A stretch of DNA of 64,000 nt, taken from Iphione sp. A-MEVVRFRX5. Its lineage: Eukaryota. Positions 21,976 through 35,948 of this stretch are shown in pieces. The position numbers and the translations under genes are program-made. The notes beneath the pieces were generated by a model. That model saw nothing but the letters and a program-made list of their open reading frames with translations. It did no database searches and was not told where the DNA came from. The DNA lies in the NCBI GenBank assembly GCA_976226885.1, contig OZ320318.1:65782001-65846000 (forward strand), in the 5' to 3' direction. How positions within the stretch are numbered: the first letter of the stretch is position 1; each line of letters opens with the position of its first letter.

Positions 21976-24900
21976 TGTTGGGACAGTGCTGGGAGAGCGG
22001 ATGGTTGCCCCCAGCAGAGGGAAATGCTCTTTTTGTCCTTAAAATATTGGTCCTATTGGGCGAATGGTCCTCCACAGCAAGTAGTCAGATAGAGGGTCTC
22101 ATATAGGAAATATACAGAAAATCAGACAGTTCTGGCCGAACGTGGTTGGCCCGGGCAAATGGTCCTCCAGGGCCAAAGGTCATGGGGTGAGAGGTAACTG
22201 TATATGTACTACAAATGTCCCTGAAGACTGGAATCCAATGTCAGGTTGACCAATGACCCTCTTATATATTCATCTTATTCTGCGGTCACATGTCTTCACA
22301 AAAAGTGTGGCCTTGACACTAACATAGACAACAATCTAGTTCTGTTGGATATACAACAAGAAAACACAAATACGAAATACGAAAATCAGTACTCATTCAT
22401 GATATCCTGTGTAGTCTTTCTATCAGAACTGGTAGATTAAAATACTCGTTACTCTACCAAATACCATACCTATGTGCTTAGACTTCGGAAAGGGTCACAT
22501 GTTCCTACCAGTCGTACTCTGGTGTCAGTTACCAGTCTAATTCTTACCAATACAATGACTTGGCATGTTTTTCTACCTCTTGGGCTGTGCCAAGGTGGCT
22601 GTGCAGCGGATTCAAAATTTCGATCAAAACAAACAGAAGTATCCCGTATTTACCTTAACAATACGACAGCAACTCACCTTGTGGGCAACCTGAGAAGGAA
22701 ATGTAAGGATGGCTTCTCCCAGTGTTTCATCTATGATATTACCTACTCAGGTAGCAGAGCAACTGACAGGTAGGAGCAAAGTGTCTGGTCCCACTGGTGG
22801 CCCTAATTTTAATTGTGTAACTTATATGTTACGTGTCCAGTCACGAGATATTCTAGTATTGATAAAGGAATAATACCGGTTCTAACCTCAAGCATATATG
22901 CAATGCTATGGAATGGTATTATCTGCCACTTCCAGATAGGCTTGTATCTCCTCATATTTAATACATTAAAGATGTCGCTACCATACATTCTCTGTATTTT
23001 TAGGTAAGCTTAGATGAAAATAGTTCTTGTCCACGAAGCATGTGTATTATGCATCAAAGGGTGATACGTTATATATGTGCATCGATAACCTTTGTAAAAA
23101 CACGATTATTATGACCTTAAGTTCCTTTAGACACATAGAGTAGAAAGCCACATCATGACTACAGAGGGAACCTAACCTAACCTAACCTTGAGATACTTTA
23201 TGTAAAAATAAGCCACTTTTGTATTGCAAATCCGTCCAGCCAAAATAAATAATTGGTTTATTCATGTATATATTCATTAAGAATACAATGTATATTTACA
23301 TGCATATGTGTTATCAAGCTGTCGCCCTGTTAGGTGTGCGCATATAAATTGTGTAGTGTACATGTACCGTGGAGTCTTGGAAATATGGTCACCCTTGGTT
23401 CCAAATAAAACAGGCTGCTATAGCCCTTTCACACTGTACGTGAAAATACCCAATTGTCATCCAAGACTCTCGTTTCCCGTGATAGTTTTCCTCTCTTTGG
23501 AGGCAACTCGTTTTATACACATTAGATAAGTTTTATTAGTAGCAATAGACAGATTACAGAAAGAGACAAATAGGTGGCAAATGTTATGTAACAGACATGA
23601 TTCCTTAAAGGACAAGCATAGACTAAATCTGCAAAGTTAAATGGGCCTGAATATATTTAGAATTATTGTACAACAAAATCGTTTACATCACCTTCTTTCT
23701 GATGTTTTTAGCTGTATAAAAGTGAGTACTTCATAATCATATGAAAAATACTGATCCCTCTAGATGAGCAAGTAAACAGCGTCTTATGATAAAAACTGTT
23801 CTAACTTATTGCTTGGATTAAAATAAACGGCATGAACTGCATCGGAAGGCTGAAAGTGTCTCCTCAACAATGATACTATACTTTACTTCTACATATATTA
23901 CTAACTGTCTGATAAGAACATTAATTTCCTCTTCAGTGGAGGTGCCCTGAAGCGGGGAAGAATTTTGGCCTTTTCACTTCATCATTAATATAAGAAGAAA
24001 CCAATATGAAGTATTATTTCGGATGTTTTTTTCTCATTGTTTTTGCACTTTTATTTCCCAAATAAGAACTTCTTAAATTGTAGAATTTGGTCACTGCTTG
24101 CTCTCACTTATGGTGTTACTAACACCAGCAGCCAGTGGCAGTCACATCTGCGAATCACTTATTAGGCTATGCCTGACTACGCTCCTGGTGTAATTTGTCA
24201 CTGCGGTTACCAAAATACAACAATAAGAGGCTAACATGTCTGCACTTTTGATCTAACCATAGACATTGTGTTTTTGCGTACAAGATTATTGAAGGAAGTT
24301 TACTGTATATTTTCCTTTTTTATGTAACATAAACGTGGAAAAGCTACACAGCTACATAATCCATCTATGACGGTTTTAACCTTTCCTTTTGTCTCATTCC
24401 TTTCCTGCCGCTGTCTAACACGCCGCCTATACGTATGTCACCTCGGTCCTAGAACTTCATCCTCTTTTGAAAACAAATGTTTATTTCCTGTCAGGGGAGA
24501 GGCCTTTCTTAAGCTTAAAGGATGCTTCCTATATGCTTTTAACCCATGCGTGCTCCACATAGGTGTCTATCGGCAAATAGAGACTTTAAGGAAGAGAAAG
24601 GAATCGGCTTAAATTAGGGGCAGTCTCAAAGCCCCTGTTTCTCTAACATGTGTCGATAGGAGAGGATGCGCCGGTACAGTGGCGGGGAGCTGGTTAGGGA
24701 AATATCTTGCCTGTGGCCGTCTCATGGAGTGCGGTTGCCTGTTTCCTCGCCGAAATGCTATGGTATGCTGGATGTAGCTGGCACACATCAAAGACAAGAG
24801 CCCCCATCCACCATTGTCTGCGTCCCAGCCTACGCCCCTCCTGATTCCCTTCCAATCCAGTAGAGTCTTTTATTACAAGCCTCACACAAAGAACTAAAAA

Positions 24901-27900
24901 GGCATAAAAAATAAGTAGAAGCCGCCAAAAAGACCTTAAGATGCTCCTTTCGGGCAGGCAGCCTGTTCTCATATGTTTCTTTTCCACATCCCAAGTAGAT
25001 ACGGACCATCACTGTATAAAAGATAGTCATTTTGCGCAGGTTATCATCATGAAGACATCTGTAGGGGGTACAATTGTCGATTGAATGGCGGCAAATAACA
25101 AGGGATAGGCCATGTCAGGCAGCACGGAGGGGCACAACTAAATGTGGAAGGGGCAGGGGAGGGGGTCGCTCGCCCGGGTTTCTTGCTGATTATATATGAT
25201 GGCTTTGAAGTATACGAATGTTTTTCACATATGCTTGAGAGGCCTTCGGTCTATATCGATTCAGTGAAAAATACGTACAGATTTACCTTACGCAAGGTTG
25301 TTCAAATTGTTTTCCGGTACATCCCTGTCGAAGGTAGAATCGTAGACGAGAGAAGCATTCCCACATCCCGTCTCACACTATGACTGTAAAAATATTAAGT
25401 ATCATTGGTTTTCTCAACACCTGCACCGTCTTCCTATGCCACCACCGCCGATAACGCATTGCTGCATTTTCACTGAACAACAAAGGAAATCGTTTGAGTG
25501 GTGTCACGGGTCAAGATATATTTTGGCAGCCTACCATTTATTTACGGTCCGATACCTCTCTGGACACCTCTAATATCGCTCGCCTCTTATTGATGTTTTT
25601 TAATGCAACGGTACCTGTGCGGGATGGCATCCTCAGATGTAGTTCCTCAGATGTAGACAGCTGAACTACACCGGAAACGAACGGCAACTGACTCTGCCAC
25701 GTGACTGAGCGACGTATGAGCGTACGTATGTTTGCCCCAATGTATCTTCTAGATATTCCGAAGACGTCTGTGTGGACACTAATATTTTGTACTTCATAGG
25801 ATCAGTTATTGCTTAACACGAAACTGACATTCTCTCAATTTCTATGAAGGCTTTATTTACATTCAGATTAAGGAAAGCGACGACCATAAAAAATGTGTGA
25901 TGGTAAGTTTGTCTACTTAATTTCATTGAGGGTTAAGTTGAAATTCACCAGGAAATGTAGGCCAACAAGAATAAAATATATTCGCATTCTGATATTAAAA
26001 CAAAACATAATATGTAGAAAGTGCCATGAATTAACTATGTACCTTCTTTGACAGACTGTCACCACAGGTCATATATAACTAAAGGTATAGTACAAGATGG
26101 TGTACAAAGTATGTATGTAGCGGAGTTTCGTAGTTCAAATGAAATAAACATCTCTTCAAGATGGGAAGGAAACAAGATTGAAACTAGCTTAGGCTCAGAC
26201 AGTTGCTGCACAACACTGCATAACCATTCTCAAGATTATAAAAGTAACCCTATCCTTGTACATATAATAGTTGCATAGTATGATGTCCAAGCTTTCTATT
26301 CATGATTTACATGTAAAGGTCTATATGTATGGTGCAACAATGTGTTGTATGATACCTCAACTGAATCCCAACAGTACAATAATATCACTACATTTAGTTC
26401 ATGAATATTAGGTGGCTGCTATTTTTGGGGGAAAGTACTTCTGACTGAAACAATATTTAATGGAATCATGAGAACTTGCACGCTGCACATCTCGATTATA
26501 TTAGTAAGTACTTTTTTCAGTTAAACTTTCAGTAGAAGACATTGTTTCATATGGCACTCTGTTTGATGATTTACCACCGCGTTTCCTCGAGGGTATATGT
26601 AGGCGTTTTGTCTCAAGGGATTAATTGAAGTCGATAGCCGAGTCTGGCAATCTGTTGTTGCAGTAGCTGAAACCACGGTACAAATTTACCTGCGCCTGTT
26701 TCTTTTTTGATAAGCAGAACGTGGCTAGTCCTCTCTGCACCTGCGTGCTACCAATTACTGACGAGCCCCTGGGGAAGGCTGAAATAGCTCGTCTGTTCGA
26801 AGTATCATGGGAGCGTACATAGGTTTTGAAGATAAAAACTAGCTGAAGTATTATACTGTACGGTATCAGATGTGAAAAAAAGAACAGTGTGTTTTACAGT
26901 AGATGTATTTCGGTTTCAAAGGCTCCGAATCCATGCAGAAAAAGTATTGCCCGCAAGGTGGGACTATGAAATGTATTCCCACTATCTCGGACGACTGAAC
27001 TGTTGTCACTTAAATAGACCTGTGCATGAAATATATCCATTAAATGTGTTGTATATTAATTCAAATCTACTGCTGCTTGCTACCGCAGATTCTACACATT
27101 ATGTCCAGAAATTGTTGTCTTCTATCACGGGGCAAATAAAGTTACAGTAATATCCGATAAAATAAATTTACAGTACGATATTCAATAAAATATAGAAACA
27201 TTAAAATATACTATATGTCCTGCGCCTGGCTTACTATATAGATCTATACCATCTCGACATCAAGGTGTCACTGAATGTGTGATTCCTTTACTGTTTTTGG
27301 ACGTGTCTGTGCGTGTCTTTCACGTATGCAGGCACTTTCCATTCTGTCGAATGCTATCGCTAGTAATCTTCTATCACCTTAAAAATAGAGACTTCATGTT
27401 TCCTGCTACCTCTGCGATCGTTCCGGTCCTATATACAGCCGAAAGATTAGCATAACACGTGCGATGCGTTTGGAGTCTTGGGGCATTCAATCTGTCATGT
27501 GAGCTATGTCCACACTGCCTAAATGATTTTCTTTTCGTAATGTATGTATGGATACAGCAATAGCTTCACAATTGTGGTTCAACCTTTTGTCTCGTGGTCG
27601 AGAACAAAATAATTACCATTTCGCAGATTATCATGTTTAATGATGTGTTGCATCTTGATAATGTAAATTGGAAATACGGGTACTTTTGCACATTTATAGG
27701 GCTATGTTAATATAATTAACGTTTGACACAAAGGCTTGACATGATTGGAATTTATTACATGTATTTTCTGCTTCACGTCAACGTGCGTCTCATATACATG
27801 CCTCCTCGGACTGCGACCACCTCTCTAATAAGAACTGAATAAGAACAGAATTGCAAAAATGTACATCCATACCCCTGTCTAAACAGACCACTGCCTATTA

Positions 27901-30900
27901 CGACCATTTGAGCTCAGTACAGACAGTGATCGTATTACTGAGGTTCAACTGTATTACACATATAAATTCCATATTTGACAGACATCAGTGGCACACAGCT
28001 GGAATCTTGCCTCGTCTCCGACTAACTGAATATATGGGTGCTGGGCCCCAGTATACGTATATGGAGCACAGCGTCCTCTTGTAATGTTCTCCTTATGCTC
28101 GTATCATATTACATTATGACAATACGATAGAAATCTTTTTACAATAGGCTGGCCATAAGGCACCAAGGGAACCTTTATATCAAAATATTGAATAACACTT
28201 TCATGTTTGGTCCTCGTGTCCCTGTCCTTACGTTTTCTAATCAGAGATAATAGAAACCCGCATCTGTGTAAGACAAACAGCTTACCTGTCAAGTTAATAT
28301 GATCCCTCATGTGTGCAATCATGATGATTTCATACCTTCTTGTTGACACCACCATCATCATGATTTGTTTGTCGATGAAGTCGCTTCCTAATTTGTAATC
28401 ATACCAGCCATCCCTCTCCTTATCGTATCAAACATTCCTTCATGTGATGTCTGATCCTACCCGGCTTTGCTGGTTCAGTAGGATCATTAGGAGATCCACT
28501 ATATTCTGGTTGATTTAAGATTCTCTTCCATTGCTTCCTCTCCTTATAAATGTACGTATACACGTAATGCGAAATAGAAGTATTTTCAGTTTCCTTAACA
28601 GAATTGCTTTCTTTCAGGTCCCAGTTGCAATCAACATAACTATACATTCTATCAAATTAAACTGGAAGGGACCAGAGATTCATTATTTTCGTTTGGAGAA
28701 GAGTCTTTGGAAGGTATAATGAAGGAACATATTTTACAGTTTACGTTTACATAAAATCCAGGGTGATATGCGATTCGAAATATTAAGAAAGTGTATCATA
28801 CGGATCAAAAAAGCAAATCACAGTGTCCATTCGTCTAGACACGTAAATCAAACTGTATGGATGCTTAAGATGGAAAATATGTATAGGTCTCTCCGTTTGA
28901 AAGGTCTGCATGTCTGCATGACAAACTACCTGCCCGCACGTGAACCCGCACGATATCACTTTGTGCCAATAAAGGATTTTCAAAACATGTTTTCCCCCCA
29001 TTAGTATTTTCCTAGACACCATCTACTTTACCGTATACTAGCTGAGGGATCTATTTTTCACATGGATCTGTTTGCAAATAACCTTGCGGGACCTTAAACA
29101 ACCAAAAAAGGATGAGTAAGTAGGCTGAGGTAAGTGAATTGCTCTGAGCAATTTGACATACATTCATCAAAAGACAAAAGGACAATCACAGATGTAAATG
29201 TCCACCTTCTTGCATACCTTATCTGTTGCACAACTCTCTAGGGGTATGCTGTTTATTGTTAATAGACGGTGCATAGTATATAAAAGATGCAGCTCGTTCC
29301 CGCTGCGTCCGACGGGCTTCTCAACAGCCTCGTGGCTACAACTTGAGTAGTTGATTGATTTCATTCTCACAGCGCGATCCGCTTTCTGAGCTCTTAACCT
29401 CTTGGCCTTTGACCTTTGACGAACGCCCTCTCTGGCAGGTCGTGAGAGTACACGGCGGCCGGCAATCGCCCACATAATATCTACTACCGTGCCGCCAGGA
29501 GGTGTCATTCGCGGTTATTATCACTGGCCACTTGGGGATGAGGAGGAGAGAGGGAGACGGGGGCGAGGGCGCAAAGCAAAGTGAGAAGAAAAATGGAAAC
29601 CATATTAAAAAATGACACAAGCTGGATGGATCACTGTGTAGATTCGACTCTTGGAGGGGTGGCTCACCGCTCACAGCACGGATGGCCTGGCTCTGAGCAG
29701 CGGCTCCCTGTGCCCCTGGTATCTCTCGTTTCCCAAAGGGGGCGCTGATAGGGGTGGCGTTGTAACGGGTGGAACATCGAGGTGAATGTGCAGAGGGCGT
29801 GGCAATTTCAGTACAAGGGTAAAGCGAAGGATGGTACACAAAATGATGCGCCTGTGCGTTCTTTAGGTTGTGTGTCTGTGAATGAGTGTGTGTGCGTGTG
29901 TGTGCGTGTGTGTGAATGAGATGGCTCTGTGGAATAACTTCCCTGTAGGCCGGAGGAGTTTAGTGTAAATCACATATGGGCTTATGGAATCTAATCTTCT
30001 AAGGAGAGGAATATCTCCTAGGAGCCAGTTTTGATTCCTGAAGATCCCTGATGATATGTTCTACTAAAAGAGTCGTGATGACACACGATAGCTAAATTGA
30101 TATACACGTATTAACGATAGAATATCAATATACATGTATCTACGTATTTAGGGAGTGATGCGATAGCCATAAGACGGAATACATGTATATATTTACAATA
30201 TCCAAATAAGAGGTACATTATGTTGGTACCATAGAAGCGGAACGTATGGAGAATATGCGAACGTCTGCCTTCATGAAAACGTAGATCAAATTTCGTCAAT
30301 TCTAAGGAATAAGAACATACCGAAGTTGACTCATACGAATGACAGGTGCAAATGTGGTATAAGAGTCTGTATCGAGGCAGGACATTAGCAGTTGGCGGAA
30401 CCAGCGACCATTTATCGTTTAATACAATCAGGTATAGACAGCAGCAAGGTGAAATATGACTCCGGCATGGGCGACGCCGTCTCTGGTTTGGTGTACTGTG
30501 GCGTTCGACTGATCATGTACCTTATTTTGGATGTATCTCAGGCTGGCTCTTGACGTAATAGATGTGGTTCTCCGGGCCCCCAGGTCATATGCATCTCAGT
30601 TCATAGTCCTATTAGCAGCCGGTGTTCTTCAGGGTTTTTCTCCTCTTAAGACTATTTCCCTTTGCCATAAATTCTCATTTCTTCATGTCATTTGTTCTTT
30701 TTTTGTGTGATGAAAGTTATCAGTGCATTTACTTTAATTCATTCCGTCAGTGTTTCCAAGACGTTTGACCTGAGAGCTACATATAACACCATATCGCATC
30801 TCCTGGGAACATTAGAATCTCCTCTGGTCGTTTTTCATGTTCCTGGGGTGCTGAAAATACGTCTGTCCCAAAAATGTCTGCGACAGTAATATTCAAAAGC

Positions 30901-33139
30901 CATTTATCAACCTTGTATCGGATATAAATGAACGGTCGTGAAACTGATGGTGGTGGTGGGAGGTGGTGGTGGTGGTAGTGGTGCAGCATCACCGAGTACA
31001 TGTATAACAGAAGCTGTGGTTCCATTATGTACGCGTCTAGCTAATTGTATCGAAACAAAGTTGGTAACCTAGCACCACAAAGTAGAATTCCTACTGAGAG
31101 TGTGAACATTCATTACTTCTAAGATGAATTGCAGGTAGAGACGGACGATGATTAGGTACTGACGATAATCACCACAAAGCTCCGCGCTTGGCAAGGTCAA
31201 GCATAGAGGGACACCTTCGCCTGAATCAAAGTCTACTTTTTCTACTACTACCCCCTACTGTGCAGTGCGTCGTGGAAGAATTTATCCACACGCCACGACA
31301 CTGGAGATGCGCTAATCGAAAGCCTGCCGCACGCTCGGCCGACGGCGAGAGGAAGTAGGAGAACGTCAGGTCGGACTCAGAGGTTAACACAATTACCCAC
31401 GGGATGAATATGCCTTATTGACGGCTTGGAAAAGTGAATGGGCTCACATGCGGCCGCTTAATTAAACGATACGTGAGCTATCCGCCTTCCATCAGGGCCG
31501 CAGCCTTATCTGCCGGACAGGGAATTATTGACTTTGTCATTGGCACCCTATGAGTGCCAGGCGGGTCAGTGAGTGGTTGGGCGGGTGATGGGTATGTGGG
31601 TGATTGACGTGGGTGGGTGGAGATGAGGTAGCGGATGGATGGGTGGGTGATATGTGCTCGAGTCTGGGTGAGTATACGTAACATGGAGAACAGTCAGGGG
31701 TGATAATGAGATGACCTCTCTCATTTAAACTTCGTGTAAACATTGCACGTTTTTTTCCTCTTCAATTTACGCCCTACAAACTGTGGTGGTTCTGGACTAT
31801 ATCACTAGGTGGCGAGCGGGTAGAAATGTTGCACTTCAAACGATCGCGATTAAAATAGAACAGCAGTGATGTTATCACCTGCAACTGCAGCGCAACGCGG
31901 TATAATCAACATACCCCCATGCAATAACATAGGACATGTTTATTTGTGCCACCAGAGTTACCTCCGATCATGCAACGTACAAAACCACAGTCAAAAGAAA
32001 GTTACTCGCAGATAATACAATTTGAAAACTCTCGTTGTTATTCAACACAAGGTCTCAGTTTCTCTTTAAAATAGTCCTTTATTCCATGTCCATGATGTCC
32101 AAAAGCAAGTATGCCATCCTTTGACAGTTGTGCTGTATTTCACTGTGTACCATACAATGTGCAGCAAATGTGTACTTAAGTATAAGCAAGACTACCATGC
32201 AGTTGTGGTCCCCTCTAAAACGTCCCATGGCATGTGCGAATTCTTCTGTACTGCATAAAACAAACAGTTTTATAGAGACTGACACATCTGTGGTGACAAG
32301 ATTTACAATATAGCAGATAGACCAATACAGAACATAGGAGAACCACAATGTGTTACTGCTCAGATCATTTACCGGGTCATTTTTGAATTGTGCTATTCTA
32401 AGAAAACAGTATGCATACCTACCTGCATACTGTATTAATACAAACACAGATGGATGCATAAACACTATAGGGCCACCTATGAATGGTGTTCCTCTCTTAT
32501 AATACCTTTGCGCAGACAGGGACACTCAGTGATGTGAATTGTACGTAGCTACCGGCACGATGTGACATTTTGCACACACCATACACGTACACGTTATATA
32601 TGCTACATACATAGACGGAACTATGTATGGATATAACTTTTTTCAAAGATATTTGCATTACATAGGCATGTGAATGAATTATGTACTTTCATGTAAATTG
32701 CCTCCAGGAACCTATGGTAGGTACTAGGAAATGAACTATGGTCTCTCGATTGCAGTGTATAATGCAGAAGCTGTACATAGGGAGAGAGAGCCCGTTCCTC
32801 CTGATGCGACAAACTTCCTTTTTAGAAACTGTTTACTACAGTCCTCTGCACCACGCCCTTCTGATAGAGCAGAAGGCCCCGATACATGGTATCATTAACT
32901 TATAATATCTTCACGTTCTTCTCAAACGACAGAGTTGATTTGTTGCAGACCAACACAATAATTCTTTTTCATTCCCAAGAGACATATCAGAGGATAGACG
33001 ATGCCAGGTGCTGAAAAACCTATGTATATGTACACATCAGGGTGGTTTACCCGTTCAGGCCGAAAAGTACGAATTACATGTACATGTACTTGCTTTGTAT
33101 CCTATTATTAAAACAGTACAGCTCTCTCCCTCACCGTGG

Positions 33140-34900
33140 AGGCCGCGAGGGGGATTTATGAGCTAATTTGGCCCGGGTAGAGATTCGGCTAGGTGGGTGG
33201 GAGGGGTGTCCTGTGCGCGGTGGGAGGGGGCTTGTGTCATGCCTATCACCTGTAATGTGCGCTTGATGTAGACGGAGGTGACGCCTTACTGTCTGCATAC
33301 GGTGCCGTCTAACTCAGACACGCTCATACGCCATCCACTGAGCTACTCCTGAAGGAAATGAAACTTTTACGGCTATAAGGACTGCAACAGTGATGAAGTC
33401 ATCGTGATGGTGCAGTTTCATGATATCAGTCTCGACATTTCTACCGCTTCTTCGCCTTAATAATCTACACAGCCTTACAGCTGACATGATCATTTCCAAT
33501 ATTGCCATAACCAACAACATGTATTTCAACATGTACATGTGTTCTTGGCACTTAAAACCCTATTCCTAATAGCTGCATCCTAGCCTTTGTTTACAAACTG
33601 AATGCATATTTATTTATTTCAAGACTAAGTAACCTTTTCGGAAATATTTACAAACGTCTCTATGTTAGAGTCAACTGTAGTATGGTTCTTACCCAGTACT
33701 CACTGAAATATAGTAAGTATAGTTACCTTTTTTATTGATTGGATTTTTAACAGGCAATCCACAATTACCACTGTGTTATTTTTCTTCCATTATAGTTTGC
33801 AAGTGTTACTACATGTACAGTGTTTTTGCCTGCTCTTCAATAGCATACCGACACTAACGATGCTATTTAGCCACTGGAGGACATGCAGATCTGAAGTGAG
33901 CTTCCTCAGAAGAATGCGAACTCTATTGCACCTCGTACACAGGAGCCTCGAGTTACTCGTCTCATATGCTCACTATGACTTGTCGATGTTTATGCACTGT
34001 GCATCATCATGGCTAGTGTTCTGTCGCTACAGTACCGCAACTTCAGCATTACTAAAATGTCTGCAGTTAAAGGCGCCTGGCGCTTCTGTACACTACTACT
34101 TCAGCTCCCTCCAGCAGCTTGGAGACTGCTGACGCACACTGCACAGACGCTTGTGCGGGGCTAACTTCTCGGCTGCTTTTGCCAAAATCTATTGCTGGAC
34201 GAGCTCTCCCTCCGATCGCTGTTCCCTTCCCCCAACCAACAACCACTCCACAGCTGTCGCCGCCGCCGCCGCAGCGCTGTGTGTTAGGCGGCCACGCGGG
34301 GAGGAACCTGGGCCGCCCTACAAACTTAGCTTGTCACTCGACGTCGAGAGAGGGAGTGGCACGCGCCGACGGGCCGGAGTCAACCGGGGGCCGTTCGCCG
34401 GCTTCCAGTGACCTCCAGCTTTTGCTCGCTGCCTATCCAGGAGCTTCTTGACGCCCCATAGGGCGAGCTAGAGGACTGCGCTGCCCTTGACAACCGCCAC
34501 CCACGGCGTACACGTGTCTAGAGACCAACACGTGCGAGAGTAGGCTCCTCCTCTTACGCCTACTCCTCCTCCTCCCCTCCCCCCTCCGCAATGGATTTCA
34601 TCTATCCCGTTGAGTGATATGGATAGTATGGAGAAAGCACATAGCGAGGTGGTGGCTCCAGGGATGACCAACCACGCTTCTTGACTCGGGAGAGCGTCAC
34701 CGCACACACGGCCTTGTGTCGGACCCATTGACTGCGCGGCCCAGAGGGTTCACGGAGGCTTCCACAGGGCACCAAACACTGGGACCGACATCAAGGTCTG
34801 CGGCTTGCAAGGTGCACGGGGTCCTACAGAGCAGCGATCAACAACTCGTGTCAAGACAGTGCACTGGGTCATTGCCGACGTACCTGACGTATTATTGCAA
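33140..34900 (+). promoter_or_regulatory. GC/CpG-rich promoter and probable long 5' leader of the downstream gene
   Basis: G-rich tracts at 33140-33235, a GCC run at 34258-34272, and a CpG-dense stretch at 34100-34880 upstream of the signal-peptide exon. The TSS cannot be located from sequence. Confidence 0.45.
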
Positions 34901-35474
34901 TTTAACATTGGGTTGCAACACGGCGATTCAACCTGTTCGTCCAAGCTAGCTTATTTGAAGCATGTTCTGATATTCTACGTTTGCACACGGGACAATATTA
35001 CATATTTATTTCTTATCTGTTACTCTGCATGATGCCAAATATTTGCCTTAAACGACTAAATCCTTCTGCGATACAGGCAACAATAGGGACAGAGTGTCCG
35101 TTATTAGGGGAGCTTTTTTAGAACATTCCAATCAAGATTCCGTCTCCGCAACAACTAACTGTGTAGGTCCATAGAACATAAGAAACATGTCAGACATACA
35201 GAGGACTTCCTGTCAGGGCCAGCTGTGTCAGCAGAAGCCACAACAAACAGGCCAGGGGGGAGTGGACCGCCACCGCTCACCACCGTCATCGGCAGGAACA
35301 AGCCACAAAAGTGTGCGCTTGTCATCTAAACGTAGAACCGCCATCTCGTCCTCATATGTGGATCCAGCGACGCCTAAAGTAGGCCCGGCCGGTCGCTTCC
35401 GTGGGCGCCCAACCCCACTGCTCTGTCTACCAGGCCTCCTGGTCCGGGCGCTCCTCTCCCTCACCCCGCTAGCC

Positions 35475-35659
35475 ATGGTGCCAATGCCTCGCTTGCTACA
35501 GGCGGCCTTCTCAGCAGCCGCCTACTCCTTGCTCCTCCTCCTGGTTGGGCTCTCTATGAAGGGCGGAGCCGAGGCCAGCGTCACCACCGAGAATGTGTCC
35601 CAACCGTACGGGGAGGCAGGATACGGGTACTGGGCACAGGGCATCACCAGCTACCCGTG
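35475..35659 (+). CDS. Probable first coding exon of an unidentified secreted or membrane protein
   Basis: Strong Kozak GCCATGG at 35475. Hydrophobic core AAAYSLLLLLVGLSM, likely cleavage after A-E-A, N-glycosylation sequon NVS, and a consensus donor TG/GTGAGT at 35659/35660 (phase 2). An upstream in-frame ATG lies at 35187. Confidence 0.65.
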
Positions 35660-35900
35660 GTGAGTTCACACTCTTTCCTAAAGATAGCAAGCATTAGATT
35701 AATGGGTAGATGAAGCCCATGTATATGTAATTTGTGCTCTCAAATTGTAATTCAATTTCTTGTTTGTCCATCATATCCTTACCCTAATTTTACCATGTTA
35801 TGTCTTAGTCTTCTATTCATTTCATTGCATTTCAATCTTTGTCTTCTTATTTCCACTGCCATCCGACCTTTTAACTTTTAATAATCATCCTTCCCCTTTC

Positions 35901-35933
<33 letters not shown>

Positions 35934-35948
35934 ATGTATGTATGTCTG
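35901..35948. repeat. (TCTG)n/(TATG)n microsatellite
   Basis: Directly visible. Confidence 0.95.

Larger units (their letters stand above)
19970..22200 (-). mobile_element. Decayed Tigger/pogo DNA transposon
   Basis: Transposase remnant plus 5' region, ending ...GAGGTAACTG/TA at 22200 (minus-strand CAGTT terminus with TA). Subterminal motif GCGAATGGTC or GCAAATGGTC near 19761, 22060 and 22155. The left TIR was not identified. Confidence 0.85.

Noticed and set aside
29336-29839. 167-aa minus-strand ORF
   Set aside because: No recognisable domain, non-ATG start, and it lies in GC-rich, low-complexity regulatory-type DNA where open frames arise by chance.
32079-32525. 148-aa minus-strand ORF
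   Set aside because: No motifs, no splice or start context, and composition looks random.
33300-33350. tRNA gene on the minus strand (GTAGCTCAGTGG)
   Set aside because: A-box only; no B box or cloverleaf follows.
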